Source: Lama guanicoe (Eukaryota). Taken from it: 64,000 nt of DNA. The position numbers and the translations under genes are program-made. Positions 12,521-25,330 of this stretch are shown piece after piece. Position 1 is the stretch's first letter. Every line of letters begins with the position of its first letter. The notes beneath the pieces were generated by a model. The model was not told the origin of the DNA. It saw nothing but the letters and a program-made list of their open reading frames with translations, and did not search any database. Location of the stretch: positions 1,674,001 to 1,738,000 of the forward strand of contig MU053504.1 of NCBI GenBank assembly GCA_013239625.1. The letters run 5' to 3'.

Positions 12521-12574
12521 CTTGTTGCAGTAAATTCTTGGTTTGAACTGTGGGAGGCAAAGATTTATTACCAT
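12521..12574 (-). CDS. UBOX5: UBOX5 first coding segment MVINLCLPQFKPRIYCNK (whole exon 12521-12615, including 41 nt 5'UTR)
   Basis: ATG at 12574-12572, donor AAG|gtaaac, acceptor ttttttgtttaag| at 12616-12617. Phase-0 join to ISADGYEVENL in the next exon. Confidence 0.95.
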
Positions 12575-13173
12575 CTTTATGGCTGTAAGGATAGCTTCCA
12601 AGCATCAGAAATAGCCTTAAACAAAAAAAAAAAAACAAAAACAAAAACTTGGTATTAGACAAGTTAAAATTCAAATCTAAACTTTTAGGAGTTGATTCCT
12701 AAGAGATAAGAATCGAACAGGATACCAACAAAAACCTTAACACACACACTCTCAGCGTCTACACTCACCCTCTCTGTATACGACATGTGATCTGGAAACT
12801 GAATCACTGAAAAACTGCAGAGATTTCTTTTGCAGACTGTGTAGGTTCGTTCTCTGGCTGACAGCTGTTCTAAAGACCCAATGGAAGCAAGGGACTGTCA
12901 GCTCTGCAGGGGGGGCTTCCACAGGGGAGGGAGGGTCAAAAGTGGCTGAGCTCAGAGAATGAACAGGCCTACTTAAAACATGAAGGTTTAGAATGAAAAG
13001 GGTCACAGAAGAGAATCACAGTGGTGCTAGGCATCTTTGACATTTAATACTTGTTAATGCAATTATGTTTTTTCATTAGAACAAAAACAATTAGAAGAGT
13101 CAAAAATACCATTATTGAGAAACAGAAAATCTTAGAGTTAGAAAGCACCTTAAAACAACATCTAATCCAAATA

Positions 13174-13375
13174 TGGCTGACCCTTGAACAACGCGAGTGT
13201 TAAGGGTGCCGACCCTCTACATGGTGGAAAATCCACATGCCCTCTATGTCAGTGGTTCCGCATAAGTGATTTCAACCAATCTTGTGTGGTACTGCAGTGT
13301 GTATTTAGTGAAAAAAAAAATCCACATATAAGTAGACCCGTGCAGGTCAAACCTGTGCTATTCAAGGGTCAACTG
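13174..13375 (-). mobile_element. Tigger2a/MER28-like MITE
   Basis: Terminal inverted repeats (TIRs) TGACCCTTGAACAAC / TTCAAGGGTCAACTG flanked by TA. Confidence 0.8.
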
Positions 13376-13400
13376 TAGTCATTTTGATGACCAATATCCA

Positions 13401-13716
13401 GGGTAAGGGAAATGGATGAAGGTGGTCAAAAGGTACAAACTTCTAGTTATAAGTAAATTCTAGGGATCTAATATATCACATGGTGACTACAGTTAACAAC
13501 ACTGTATTATATATTTGAAAGCTCCTAAGAGAGCAGATCTTAAAAGTTCTCATCACGAGGGAAAAAAAAGTAACTAAGTGAGGTGACAGATATTAACTAA
13601 GCTTATTATGGCAATCATTTCACAATATATACATATATCAAATCATTATGTTGTATATCTTAAACTTGTACAATGTTATACATCAATTACAGCGCAGTAA
13701 AACTGGAAGAAAAAAA
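13401..13716 (+). mobile_element. 5'-truncated L1 3' end (L1MA-like) with TSD
   Basis: L1 3'UTR motifs and A tail. Direct repeats ATGACCAATATCCA (13387-13400) and ATGACCAATGTCCA (13717-13730). Confidence 0.85.
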
Positions 13717-16700
13717 ATGACCAATGTCCAACAGCCTTTGTTACTCTCTGGGGAGAACAGCAGAGAAGTCACTAGAAACATCCTTCCCCAGAGGTAAGAC
13801 TCTCCAACAGATCCGAACTCCTTGGATGAGGCCAGTCAGCCATTCTGTGTTTTTCCATCTGGCAGACAAGGCCATGAAAAACTCCCAACAGAGACAGGGC
13901 CACCCTCTGGAGTCTTTTTGCTGTCATGCTCAGTAGGTACCGCTTGCAGAGGCCAGGCACACTGGGCATCTTGCAGCATCTTAGTGGGCAGTTTCTGCAT
14001 GGTGAAGATCTACCATGAGACCTTTAAATGTTTACTGTCTTAGCCTAGCCCCTATGTCAGTTTCACATTATAAACACAAAGTCTTTTTTAATATGGTTTT
14101 AATATATCTGAATTTTCTAGGAAGGGAGCTTCCAGGTAAATCACAGGAAGATCATACTTTGCTTACTTCCGATCTTTATCAAGAGGTGTTCACCATTTCT
14201 GAAAACCACATCACTGGAAGAAATGCTAATACAACTGACAGTCTGCATTTGTCTGCATTCTAGGTGATTCTACATATTGGTAAAAAAAAGTTTTTGATTA
14301 CTTCTTAATACCTTACAGTATGGTCATACCCAAACAGTCACACATGAGAATAAATTTTATTCACAATTTAAAATGTCTCGTTTACTTACTGTTAAGGCAT
14401 TTGTATACACAAGTATGTTTGTTTTGTAACTATATAGGAAGATTGTATCATCTTTCATTTTAAGTTCAGGACAGTGGAAGGAACATTACAAAATACGTAT
14501 TATTGAAAGAGGGAGATAAATCTGATGGGGTAGCGAATCCCTGGCCTCAAGTCTCCTTTGTTCAGAAGCTGCGCTAAGACGCCTCGTGCTTCTTACTTTT
14601 TGAGGTGTACATGCTGTCCCTTTGCCAGAGCCTTCTAGAATCTGGCCTGGAATCAACATGGACTAGTTGATAGAATTCCTTTTTTGGAAGATTGTATTAA
14701 TATCTCCAGGCTTCTAACACCTTCTTGCTCTCCAAAATAACTCAAAAGTAAGCATCTGAGGAATTACATCTGCAAATATTCTCAGGGCCCTTGTGTGTAC
14801 CCCATTTTGGTCAGGAAACCAGAACTCATTTAGAGCAGCCCTTCCTTCAATTCTCCTGCCCAACTAGGGCAGTGGCTTTTCATTAAGTTTTTGTTTTGTT
14901 TCAATATAAAATCAAGCCATTGAGTTTAATTTAATATGGAAGTATTAAAATTAACATATAGCCCAGACCAAGGAAACAAAACATTTCTCCTGAAAAAGTA
15001 AGCCTAAGATTTGCCAAAGAATAGCCAATATGACTTTGACACAATATGACTTTGACATAACACATCTGCAAGTACAGAACTAAGCTGGCCCTAGGTTAAC
15101 CAGTAAAGTTAGCCAGCTCTGGGGTTTGCAAGGGTTTCCTTTTCACTGCCACAGGAAGTTTTCTCCTCCCCTCGTGCCCTGATGGGAGAGGGCTTTGGTA
15201 AGACAAAACAGAGAAAGAAACTGTTATAATATCAAAATACTGAGAGGTGGTTCATATTAGAAAGATACGCAATCATCTCTATCCCCACAGTCCACATCCT
15301 AGGACTTTTTTTCTGACTTTCAAAGACAAAACAAACTCTGGCAGAGATAACAATGCCAATCCCTTGAAGTACTGATTAGATTTCCCAGTTGGAGGCACTG
15401 ACTTCACTGACATTTACATTCTTCGTATCTCCTGTTATCTTCTTGAACGTTTTACACTGTGGCCTTTTAGCTTGGATTTATTCTACATATCATGATATTC
15501 ATTTATCTGAGAATGTAAATGCCAAGACCAGAGCAAGCTGGGCAATGGCTTCTTGGAGCCATGATGAAGAGCTCAGGAGTACGAAGCCAAACGGAAAAAT
15601 CTTCAAAACTTAATCTGAGTACCCAACTCAATAGTAAATGGTAGCGGAGTTGCCCAGGTGTGACCACCCTTAGGACAACGGCCCTTTGCCTTTAACCCCT
15701 GGTTCAGCTGATCACCAGATACCTGTTCCTGCAGTTGGACTTGAGAGACGACCAGGATGAAAAGGGCAAGACTGATCCAAGGGTTTTCAAACTTTTGCTA
15801 TCTTATCACTTTAAAAAATTCCACCTCAGATACCTGAAAGTGCGAAATCCGACTGCCCTTCCAATCAACGCAGTAATTTAAAAGGTTTATCTGCACTGTA
15901 CCTGCACTCAGCAAACCCTGGGCTCACTCTTCCAGGGAGTCATTAGACAAGGACCATCCAGCAGCAAAAACACAACTCTGGCCAGAGAAGCACAGACACA
16001 AAATGGCTTAGAGGAGGCCACCAGACATTTTATTTTATTTAAATCTTACTGACTGGTTAGCCCTAAAGTGTGTACTAATATCCTTATTTCATAGGTGAAG
16101 AAACTGAGGCTCAAAGATTAAGCTGGGACTCAGATTCCAAACTTTCCTAAACCACTCTGGTTATTGCCTACTTGGACACAATTTACCTTTTGAAGGATTT
16201 ACCAGGAAGTTATACAGCTTAAAGTCAGATGTTCTACAGACACCTTACAACTTTTCTTCCCTCTGTTACTTAGGTCAAGGTTTGGTATTATTCATTAAAA
16301 AAAAATCAGTTCTTCCAAACTTAGAGTTAATGTGGCTAGGCTCTGTGATGTGGAAGTTTAGAAACCTTGACAGCCCTTTCCAACATATGTTGGATCAAGC
16401 CTCAAATTGTTTTCTCTTAAGAAAAATCTTTAGGTAAGCTAGCCTTCTATTCAAGCATCTCATCTCATGAGGTGTCTCAACCTTCAGCAGAGGTTGTTAA
16501 TTCCATTAGTCAGCTATTAAAGTACATGGACCTGTAACTGACCAGACACAGCCGACTTGTTCTCTACAGCACTTAACCAAACTCTAATTTGAGAAATTAT
16601 GTACAGAGACTGCTCAGTCCATCCAAATTAAATTCTTTTTAGTGCCAGCCTAAGTGTTACTTCTCGCCTCCTGCCTGGTACCTCTGGTGGCTGTTGCAAT

Positions 16701-19700
16701 TACATCCCACAACACTATCTGACAAACTTCTTAGCAGTGTGGATCCTCATCTGCAGCAAAAAAATTAGAGTTCAGGTGTTTTGAGCACTAGCTGCCTTGG
16801 ACTCCTTGCTTAGCACCCTGAAATAAATAGGGCACTTTCCTTCATAGATAGATAGATAGGTAGGTAGGTAAATGTAATACATTTATAAAAACTCAGTGGC
16901 CAATCTGTGAAGGTTCACAGGGACACCAGGGTGGCACCAGACACCAACTGACAACCATAACCTCAGTCTCTAAAATGTATTACCCCATTGAGCTGCCCCT
17001 CAGAGCAATGTACTGGGCTATCCTCATGTTCATCCCAGCCATAACCATTACCACATTCCCTGCTCCATTGCAGATACACTTTACCAAATGATTCACTGGT
17101 TCTGTGTGGCCTATTAGCAAGAAATGTTAAAAAAAAAAAACCGCTCTAAAAAGTCGGGTGCTGTTTTATGAGGTTGTCAAAATGACCATTCTCTATTCTG
17201 CGTGGTAGCCTTTCTTTGAGACCCATGAGAAAATTCTCTCCTTGGTCTCAGTACTAGGAACAGTTGCTTTTTCCAATCAACTCAATGTTTTGAGGTGTGA
17301 ATATGAATCATATAATTGATCGTGGTCTTTGGCTGCTAGAAAGTTCAGAATGAAATCTGTGGCCCATCCCTCAAATTTCTCTTTGTCTGAATTCTTTACT
17401 TATTTTTGTCATAGTGTACGTTGTGAAAGCTACCTTAAAATCATTTTGGAACAGGATGGGGTAGAAATAATAAACCATCCTCTTTTTGGTGAACATTTAG
17501 GTTGTTTGCAAATTTTTACTAATATTAAGATAAAAATCTTAAGTAGATTTTTGTGTCTTTTTTTTTTTTTGTCTTAGTACAGTTTGACCCTTTTTCCTTA
17601 AGGAGTCCCACATGTTTCTTGTTAAGGTTACCATTTATGAACAGGATCCTTTTATCCTGTTACTTTTTCTATCCAGTTACTCCTATGTTAAGGATGCTTT
17701 TCATTTTGGTATCTTTATTATGTGCCCAGTTGTCTTACTGAACTCATCGATTTTAACAAATTTTCAGGGTTTTTTGGGGGAAAGTGCTACAATCTCAATA
17801 ATAATGAGACCTTCTTTCTTAAAACAGTCACTCATTTCTGTCTCTCATCTTACTGCATTAGCTGGAACTGCTAGAATTACATGGAATAATACTAAAGTTG
17901 TCATGCTTGTTTTGTCCCCATTAGAAAATGCCTCTAGTGTTTCATCTTTGAACATAATGCTGATTGTTAGATTGAAATATTCTTTTTATGTTAATAAAGC
18001 ACTCTAATTTTCATAGTTTTTTGAAAATCAAGGATATGCTTTGAATTCTGATTTTCTCTATATATTGAGTTTTATTATTTTTCTTATTTGACAGATTAAT
18101 GAGATGTAACACATTTTCCAATTTTAAATCATCCTTTTTAACCCTAAGATAGGCTCTGTTTGGTTGTGGCAGATGGTTCTTTAAATGTTTTTCAAACTGT
18201 ACCAAATTTGGTTGCTCATATTTAATTTTAGATGAGATACCATTGTACATACAAGGAACATTCACAAGTCCTACGCTAGGCACAGGAGTAGAGATAAAAA
18301 NNNNNNNNNNNNNNNNNNNNNNNNNNNNNNNNNNNNNNNNNNNNNNNNNNNNNNNNNNNNNNNNNNNNNNNNNNNNNNNNNNNNNNNNNNNNNNNNNNNN
18401 NNNNNNNNNNNNNNNNNNNNNNNNNNNNNNNNATATATCAATACTGGCTCATCAGTTATAACAAATATACCTCACTAATGAAATAGGTTAATAATAGGGA
18501 AACTGTATGAAAGGGAGATGACGTATATAGGAACTCTCAGCATTATCTGCTCAATTTTTCTGTAAGCCTAAAACTGCTCTTAAGAAATAATCTAATGATA
18601 ATAATAAAGACTGACTGGGGGAAAAGTGACTGGAAACAAATTAGGACTAGAGATCAAATTGAAAGAAGTGACTGTGCCATTACAGGACTAGAGTAACAGA
18701 CCCTTTAAAAAAAATCTTACAAATCATGGTATCCGTTTCTTTGGGAAACAGTGATGCCCAAACACTGTAGGATTCTACAGGACTCTGGCTGCCATTCAGG
18801 TCTTCATGTGATCTTTTCCTCTCTGGTACCAACAGCTCTGATCTTTTAAGGTAAGTATCTCCTCCTTACTGCTTAACCCACAAAAAAAAGAATGGCTCAC
18901 CACATGAAAATACAAACAGCCTCAACCAGGAAGACCACCTCCTCAGCCCTGCCTAGAAAATGGCCATGTTACATGAACTCACTGCAAATATTGTCCAGTA
19001 AGTACTTACAAATTATAGGCTCCTTATCCAAATTTAGCATCTAAGTACAAGAGAGGCTAAGCCTGAGTATAAATTGGGGACCACAGATCATGGCTAAAAT
19101 GTCCTGCGTTTCAGAAAAGCAGCTTGGAACCAAATAATAATAATGGCTTAATAATATGGCATTGTAAGATAGCAAGATAATAAAGGTTTATAAGCAGATA
19201 ACATGTCAGCTTTCACTACAAAGGTTTTTTTTATCATGAAATATTTTAGGTAAAAAGGTAAAGTATAGAATACAGTAGACATGCTTATACCCACCACCTA
19301 GATTTAGCACATGCTAACATTTTGCCATGTTTGTGTCCCATTAATGTACCTTAATGATAATTTACTACGTGTATTATCTTGTAACTTGCTTTTCTATTAA
19401 ACATTATTAAGTTTTTCCATGTTGAAGTTTGTATATCTAGTTTATTCATTTTAACTGCTTCACAATATTCAATTGTATGACTAAAACACAGTTTATTTCT
19501 CCATTGCCCTAATGCTCACATTTTTAATTTCTTTTACTATAAAAAGCTGCAATAAATATTCTCTGTCTTTTTATGGGGGAAAAAAACCCAAAATTAAATA
19601 AAATGGTCCTGTCCTCAAGTCTTGAGGCATTCCAGACCTCCTTCCAACAGTGATTATGGCATACAGAAGTTTGTACCAGTCTTCTGCAGATGACATTGAG

Positions 19701-19722
19701 AGTAGGGACACATGGCCTAAAG

Positions 19723-20571
19723 CAATGTTTTTCAACTTGTGTTTTGAAATCAAGTTATAGGTTGAAGAAAAACATAAACTAAAAGTACAAAATACCAAAG
19801 TGCACATAGTACACTATTTCGTGAAATTTTTGTTTCAGTTTTATACAAATACATAGAACAAACGTATATACAGGCTCAATAAAATGTATTTCTTATTGTG
19901 GCCTTTGATGAAAAAGATTGAAAACACTGGCCAAAAGTATACTGAGAAGTCAGGGAAGAATTCATAGGAGTCAAGTTTAAACTAGAAACAACTAAGACAC
20001 ATGCCAGACCTCATGGGCAACTCTGAAGGACAGATACAACGTACTAGTGGTAAATCGGACAATATGTGCTTGACTGTAGGAGCCAAGAGGCAAGAAGAAA
20101 AACAAAAGGGGAAGGGCACTAGGGACAGGGACCAGTAAGAGTCAAGGCACAGAAATGGGACGTTGTGAGGCAAATCTAGGAAATGCTGACTATGCCATTC
20201 AGCTGGAGGAGGCAGGGCTGGGAGGGCAGATGGAGGTGATGGGGAGGACCTTGAATGTCATGCCAAGGGGTGTTAGACTACTTTACCTGCAGGGCTGAGG
20301 CAGTATTTTTCCAAACTGCAGATCAAGAATCAAGAACTCAAATTACTGAGCCATAACCCTCATTTAAAAAAAAATAAGTAGAATAGAAAGAAAATGTCAG
20401 AGTGCATCATACACGAGGGTGAGCAGTGTTCTGTGAAACTTTAGTTTGAGATATATATATATGTATGAAACTGTATACCTATCTATCTAGTTATCCTGAA
20501 TTTTGATATAAAATATTATTTCTTACTAAGAGTTGTACTAAGGTTGTAATAAAAGAATTTGAAAGCTACTG
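19723..20571 (+). mobile_element. Two MER112-like hAT MITEs (19723-19929 and 20301-20571); a third copy at about 55130-55585 hosts the SINE pair
   Basis: Shared TTTTCAA..,GTGAAA(C/T)TTT..,TAAAAT..ATTTCTTA..,TTGAAA..ACTG blocks in the three copies. Confidence 0.6.
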
Positions 20572-21875
20572 GTCAAAGGGAAGTCACAGATGGCTTATAA
20601 CCAGAGAGAGAAATGACACTAATGAAAAGTCTGCCATTAACCTCCTAGGTGACAACAGCAATTCTAAACCACTTAGAGGCAATTCACCCTTCAAGGGGTT
20701 TCCCTTTCCTCTGGCTGATGTGTTCGCACTTTCTTTTTTATACTATGTGAGGGGCTATCTTTCCAAATGGCTTTCTGAAGAGATCAAGGATGAATATCAA
20801 AGTACCAACTACTTAGAAATAAACTAGCAGTCTCAGTTCTTCCCTTGACATTTTCTTCCTCTAAATTTTTTTTTTAAGGGAAGGGATTCGTTAAGAGGAT
20901 GAAGGAGGAAAATGAACTATGTATAACATATTACTGAGTATCTACAAGGATTTCAAAGCTACCTTCTAAGAAATCTTTTAATTTTAATTAAACTTTAAAA
21001 TTTTAAGGTCACTGTAAATTCATGTGCATGGTAAGAAATAATACAAAGAGATCTCACATACCTCTTAACCACTCCCTCAATGGTAACATCTTGCAGCACA
21101 TGACAACCAGGAAACTATTGATGCAGGCCGCTGATCTTACTCAGATTTCACCAGCTTTCCATGCACTTACTTGTGTGTGCCTGTGTGTTTAGTACTACAC
21201 AATTTTATTCTATGCACAGACTGTGTGATCATTTTTTGTGTACCAAAGTTAAGATACAGAACAGTTTGGATTCCTTGTGCTGTTCTTTTATTTTCGAAGT
21301 CCAAATGCTCTATTACTACAGAAGTCTTAAAGTTCCTCACCCAGATCTAAGCTCCTCAACTGATGATTCCATGTAATCCTGCTATCCACACACACTGTCA
21401 GAAACACATCTGAGCAACACGTTTTTTCTTGGTGTACCTGTCACTTAAATGAAAAATATGTGTAGAAAAATACAAAAGTAAATATAAAAAAAAGAAAAGG
21501 AACTTTAAATATTAGAAATATTATGATCACACATTTTAAAAAAAATCTGTATCTAGGATTATGTACACCTAGTTTGGGAGGTAATGGTGGACATGCAGAA
21601 ATTTAAAATATGCAATGTATTAGAGTGGTGGGATAAGCTGTTTTTTTCTTTTCGTATGTTTAAAGTTGTAAGTAGTTAAAAAATTGGTCTGGGTTCCTGA
21701 GGTTTCAGGATGATATAAAGAAGAATGAGGCTCCAGATACACAGAGTATTTCCTGCAGTGTCCAGCCCGTAGAGGACTGGATATCCAGATGGAGGCAGAC
21801 CCTTCTCCTTTGCTTCCCTGTACTCAGGCTGAGGAAGGGAAAGTGCAAGGGAAGGGCTGGGAAGGGATCCAGAGG

Positions 21876-21988
21876 CAGGGTGACAAACCATGTGGACTAT
21901 TCAGGACAGAGGGGTTTTTCTGAACAAGGAATTTTCAGTGCTAAAACCAGAAAAGTCCTAAGCAAATGGGGACAAATTGGTCATCCTA
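21876..21988 (+). mobile_element. MER94-like hAT-Blackjack MITE
   Basis: TIRs AGGGTGACAAA / TTGGTCATCCT. Confidence 0.6.
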
Positions 21989-22958
21989 TCTGGAAGGTTT
22001 CTGTCTGTGCTTCCTTGGACCTTAAGGCAGCCAAGCAAAACTTTTTGTTGTTGAAGACTCAGAACTGAGGGGTGGGGAAGTGTGGAGGGATAATTTAAAA
22101 GATAATAAGGTGACCATGACACTTTCTGAACACCTGTGCACCCATCTTCCTTTGGCCTACAAAGAAGTTGCCATAGCTGAATTATACAAGCTGATTTTTG
22201 AGTCTCACGAAAATGTAATGGAAAGTAATTCTGGCAGATAGACATATTTTAAAGACTAGGCTCAAACAGGTTACAGAGGGGGAAAAAAAGAAAAGATTAC
22301 CTGTCAAATAAGAGAAAAGCATTTAACCTCAAAAGAGTGGGTGGAATACCAATGCACTGAGCAATTTTATAAATTGGGCACTTCAGCTTTTAAAGAAGTA
22401 CAATACTTCTAATAATTTCTAAATTGAGTTACTTGTCCATCCAAGTAAAAAATCTGACTTGTGCGCATTTTTCTTATAGCTGGTTAAAATGAAAGACAGC
22501 TGTCCCAGCCTATCCCACACAGTCACCCACCAGTGAGAGGGGCCCAGGAGGACCAAAGAAGCTTGCAATGTTATACACTTGGAACTCATTCACCCTTCAA
22601 GGGCTCAATATGTGCAAGGCACTCTGCTAGGCACAAATGGACACAGTTTTTACTCTTAAGAAACTCATAGGATCAAAACAAGGAATGGATGGGCAAAGGG
22701 TTCAAATACTATTTAATCAGTGCCTTAATAGCAGTGTCAGAAAAATTGTATGGGAACCCAGGAAAGGCAGTCAGGCTCTCCATATACAAATCTGACCCCA
22801 ACTGTGTCCCTCTACACCCGGGCCTTCTTCCATCTGTTCTTAACTCTTTCTTAAATCTTCAATTTATCTCAGACTCTTGGACCTTTTCCTCAACATGTAA
22901 ACAACATTCAAGTCTCTTCTGCCCTCAAAAAAACCCCTGCCTTGGTGCTGTATTTTCT

Positions 22959-24497
22959 TAGGGTTGTCAACTTAGCAAATAAAAATTAAAAATGCCCACT
23001 TAAATCTGAAATTTGGATAAACAATGGATTTTTTATTTGTTTAGTTATAAGAATGTTCCATGTACTATATTGGACATACTTACACTAAAAAAATATTCAG
23101 AAAGGATCTTCCTCAACACGACAAAGGATGTTTANNNNNNNNNNNNNNNNNNNNNNNNNNNNNNNNNNNNNNNNNNNNNNNNNNNNNNNNNNNNNNNNNN
23201 NNNNNNNNNNNNNNNNNNNNNNNNNNNNNNNNNNNNNNNNNNNNNNNNNNNNNNNNNNNNNNNNNNNNNNNNNNNNNNNNNNNNNNNNAAGGTATCCAAA
23301 GTGGAAAGGAAGAAATAAACTATCTCTATACAGACGACATGATTCTATATATAGAAAATCCTGAAGAATACAAACATACACACAAATTAAAAGAGCTAAT
23401 AAAAGAATTAAGNNNNNNNNNNNNNNNNNNNNNNNNNNNNNNNNNNNNNNNNNNNNNNNNNNNNNNNNNNNNNNNNNNNNNNNNNNNNNNNNNNNNNNNN
23501 NNNNNNNNNNNNNNNNNNNNNNNNNNNNNNNNNNNNNNNNNNNNNNNNNNNNNNNNNNNNNNNNNNNNNNNNNNNNNNNNNNNNNNNNNNNNNGAAGATC
23601 TAAAGAAATGTGGAAAGACATTGTGTGTTCACACATTAGAAAACTTGATATTAAGATTGAAAAGATACCAAACATCATTAGCCACTAGGGAAATACAAAT
23701 CAAAACCACAATGAAATTCCACTGCACACCCACCAGGATGGCTATTTTTTTTAAAAAAATGAAAATAATAAGTGTCAGTAAAGCCATGGANNNNNNNNNN
23801 NNNNNNNNNNNNNNNNNNNNNNNNNNNNNNNNNNNNNNNNNNNNNNNNNNNNNNNNNNNNNNNNNNNNNNNNNNNNNNNNNNNNNNNNNNNNNNNNNNNN
23901 NNNNNNNNNNNNNNNNNNNNNNNNNNNTACTGAAAACAGCTGTTCAAATAAAAATTTATATATGAGTATCCCCAACAGTGCTATTCACAATAGCCAAAAG
24001 GCCCCAATGTCCCTCAACTGATGAATGGATAAACGAGATACAGCATACCCANNNNNNNNNNNNNNNNNNNNNNNNNNNNNNNNNNNNNNNNNNNNNNNNN
24101 NNNNNNNNNNNNNNNNNNNNNNNNNNNNNNNNNNNNNNNNNNNNNNNNNNNNNNNNNNNNNNNNNNNNNNNNNNNNNNNNNNNNNNNNNNNNNNNNNNNN
24201 NNNNNNNNNNNNNNNNNNNNNNNNNNNNNNNNNNNNNNNNNNNNNNNNNNNNNNNNNNNNAATACAGAGTGATGGCTTCATGGGTATGGAGTTTCCTTCT
24301 GGGGTGGGTGAAGAAAATGTTCTGGAACTAGACAGTGATGATTGGTTACACAAAACTATCAATATACTAAGTATTAAGGAATTGTACACTTGGTTTAAAA
24401 TGGCCAATTTCATGTGTATTTTACCACAAAACATTATTCATTACTTGTTTGAAATTCAAATTTAACTGGGCATACTATGTTTTATCTGGCAATCCTA
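22959..24497 (+). mobile_element. MER53-like palindromic hAT MITE split by the L1 (halves 22959-23099 and about 24433-24497)
   Basis: TAGGGTTG..AGCAAATAAAAAT..GCCCACTTAAATCTGAAATT left arm and GAAATTCAAATTTAACTGGGCAT..TCTGGCAATCCTA right arm. TATTCA duplicated at both L1 junctions. Confidence 0.8.
23100..24432 (+). mobile_element. Old L1 (ORF2 remnant + 3' end, L1MB-like) with four N-runs
   Basis: Degenerate ORF2 peptides LYTDDMILYIENP, REIQIKTTM and PQCPSTDEWIN. Confidence 0.9.
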
Positions 24498-24799
24498 GTC
24501 CCATTTTAATCCTGCTCATTTCCCCTTCCCTTCAAAGGTTCTTGGGGAATTGTCTCAGTATTTGCAATCCATTCCTTAACTCTCATTTATCGAACACATG
24601 TGCAATGTGGCTTTTGCTCTGACAAATTGATTCAAACTGCTATTAAGGTCATCAATGATATCCAAGTTGCTAAACTGACAGATTTTTCAGTTCTTGCCTT
24701 AATTGTCCTCTCCCTAGCAACTGACTATACAAAACCTCTCCTTTTTGAAATACTCTTTCCCTTTGGCTTCTGTGCAGTGAAAGTTTCTCTTAGCAGGTT

Positions 24800-25330
24800 T
24801 GCGGTGTTAAAGTCCTGCACATTCCAAAGAAACTGGCCCTTCACCAGTTCCCGGGAGATAACCTCTAAGCCTTTGGAACATTCTGCCTGATAAGATTGTT
24901 TCATGGGCCACACCAGACAGTTCACACTAACAATGTGATTTATAGTGGGAGCCCTGGGCCACGCTGCATCAGTTGGGCCTCTGGAGGGGCTGGGGACTGA
25001 GTAACTAAGGTCAGCCATGTGGGCATTTCACGCCTATGTGACTGACCCCGAATAAAAATCCTGCACATCAGGCTCAGGGGAGCTTCTCTGACTGTCAGTA
25101 TCTGTACATGTTGGCAAACAGCACTGCTGGGATGAATTAAGAGCTGTCCACGTAACTCCACTGGAAAAGGACAACTAAAAGCTTGTGTCTGGTCTCTCCT
25201 AGATTCTACACTATGTGCCTTTTTCTTCTGCTGATTTTAGCACATATCGTTTCACTATAATAAACCATAACTAGGAGTACAGCTTCTGCGAATCCTTCTA
25301 GTGAAAGGGGTCTTAGGGAGACCAGACGAA
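24800..25330 (+). mobile_element. Solo ERVL-class LTR (MER21-like) within an L2 remnant
   Basis: GGGAGATAACCTCTAA, AGGTCAGCCATGTGGG, AATAAAAATCCTG and TAATAAACCATAAC blocks typical of MER21. Confidence 0.7.

Noticed and set aside
15026-15057. Short tandem duplication CAATATGACTTTGACA x2 (similar duplication near 39506-39541)
   Set aside because: Two-copy slippage duplications with no spacers; not CRISPR-like, and the DNA is eukaryotic.
17612-18007. Hydrophobic 131-aa ORF
   Set aside because: T-rich antisense strand of an old L1 remnant; the hydrophobicity is compositional.
23013-24465. Long ORFs in the track (e.g. 301 aa at 23060..23965)
   Set aside because: Artefacts of N-runs across a decayed L1.
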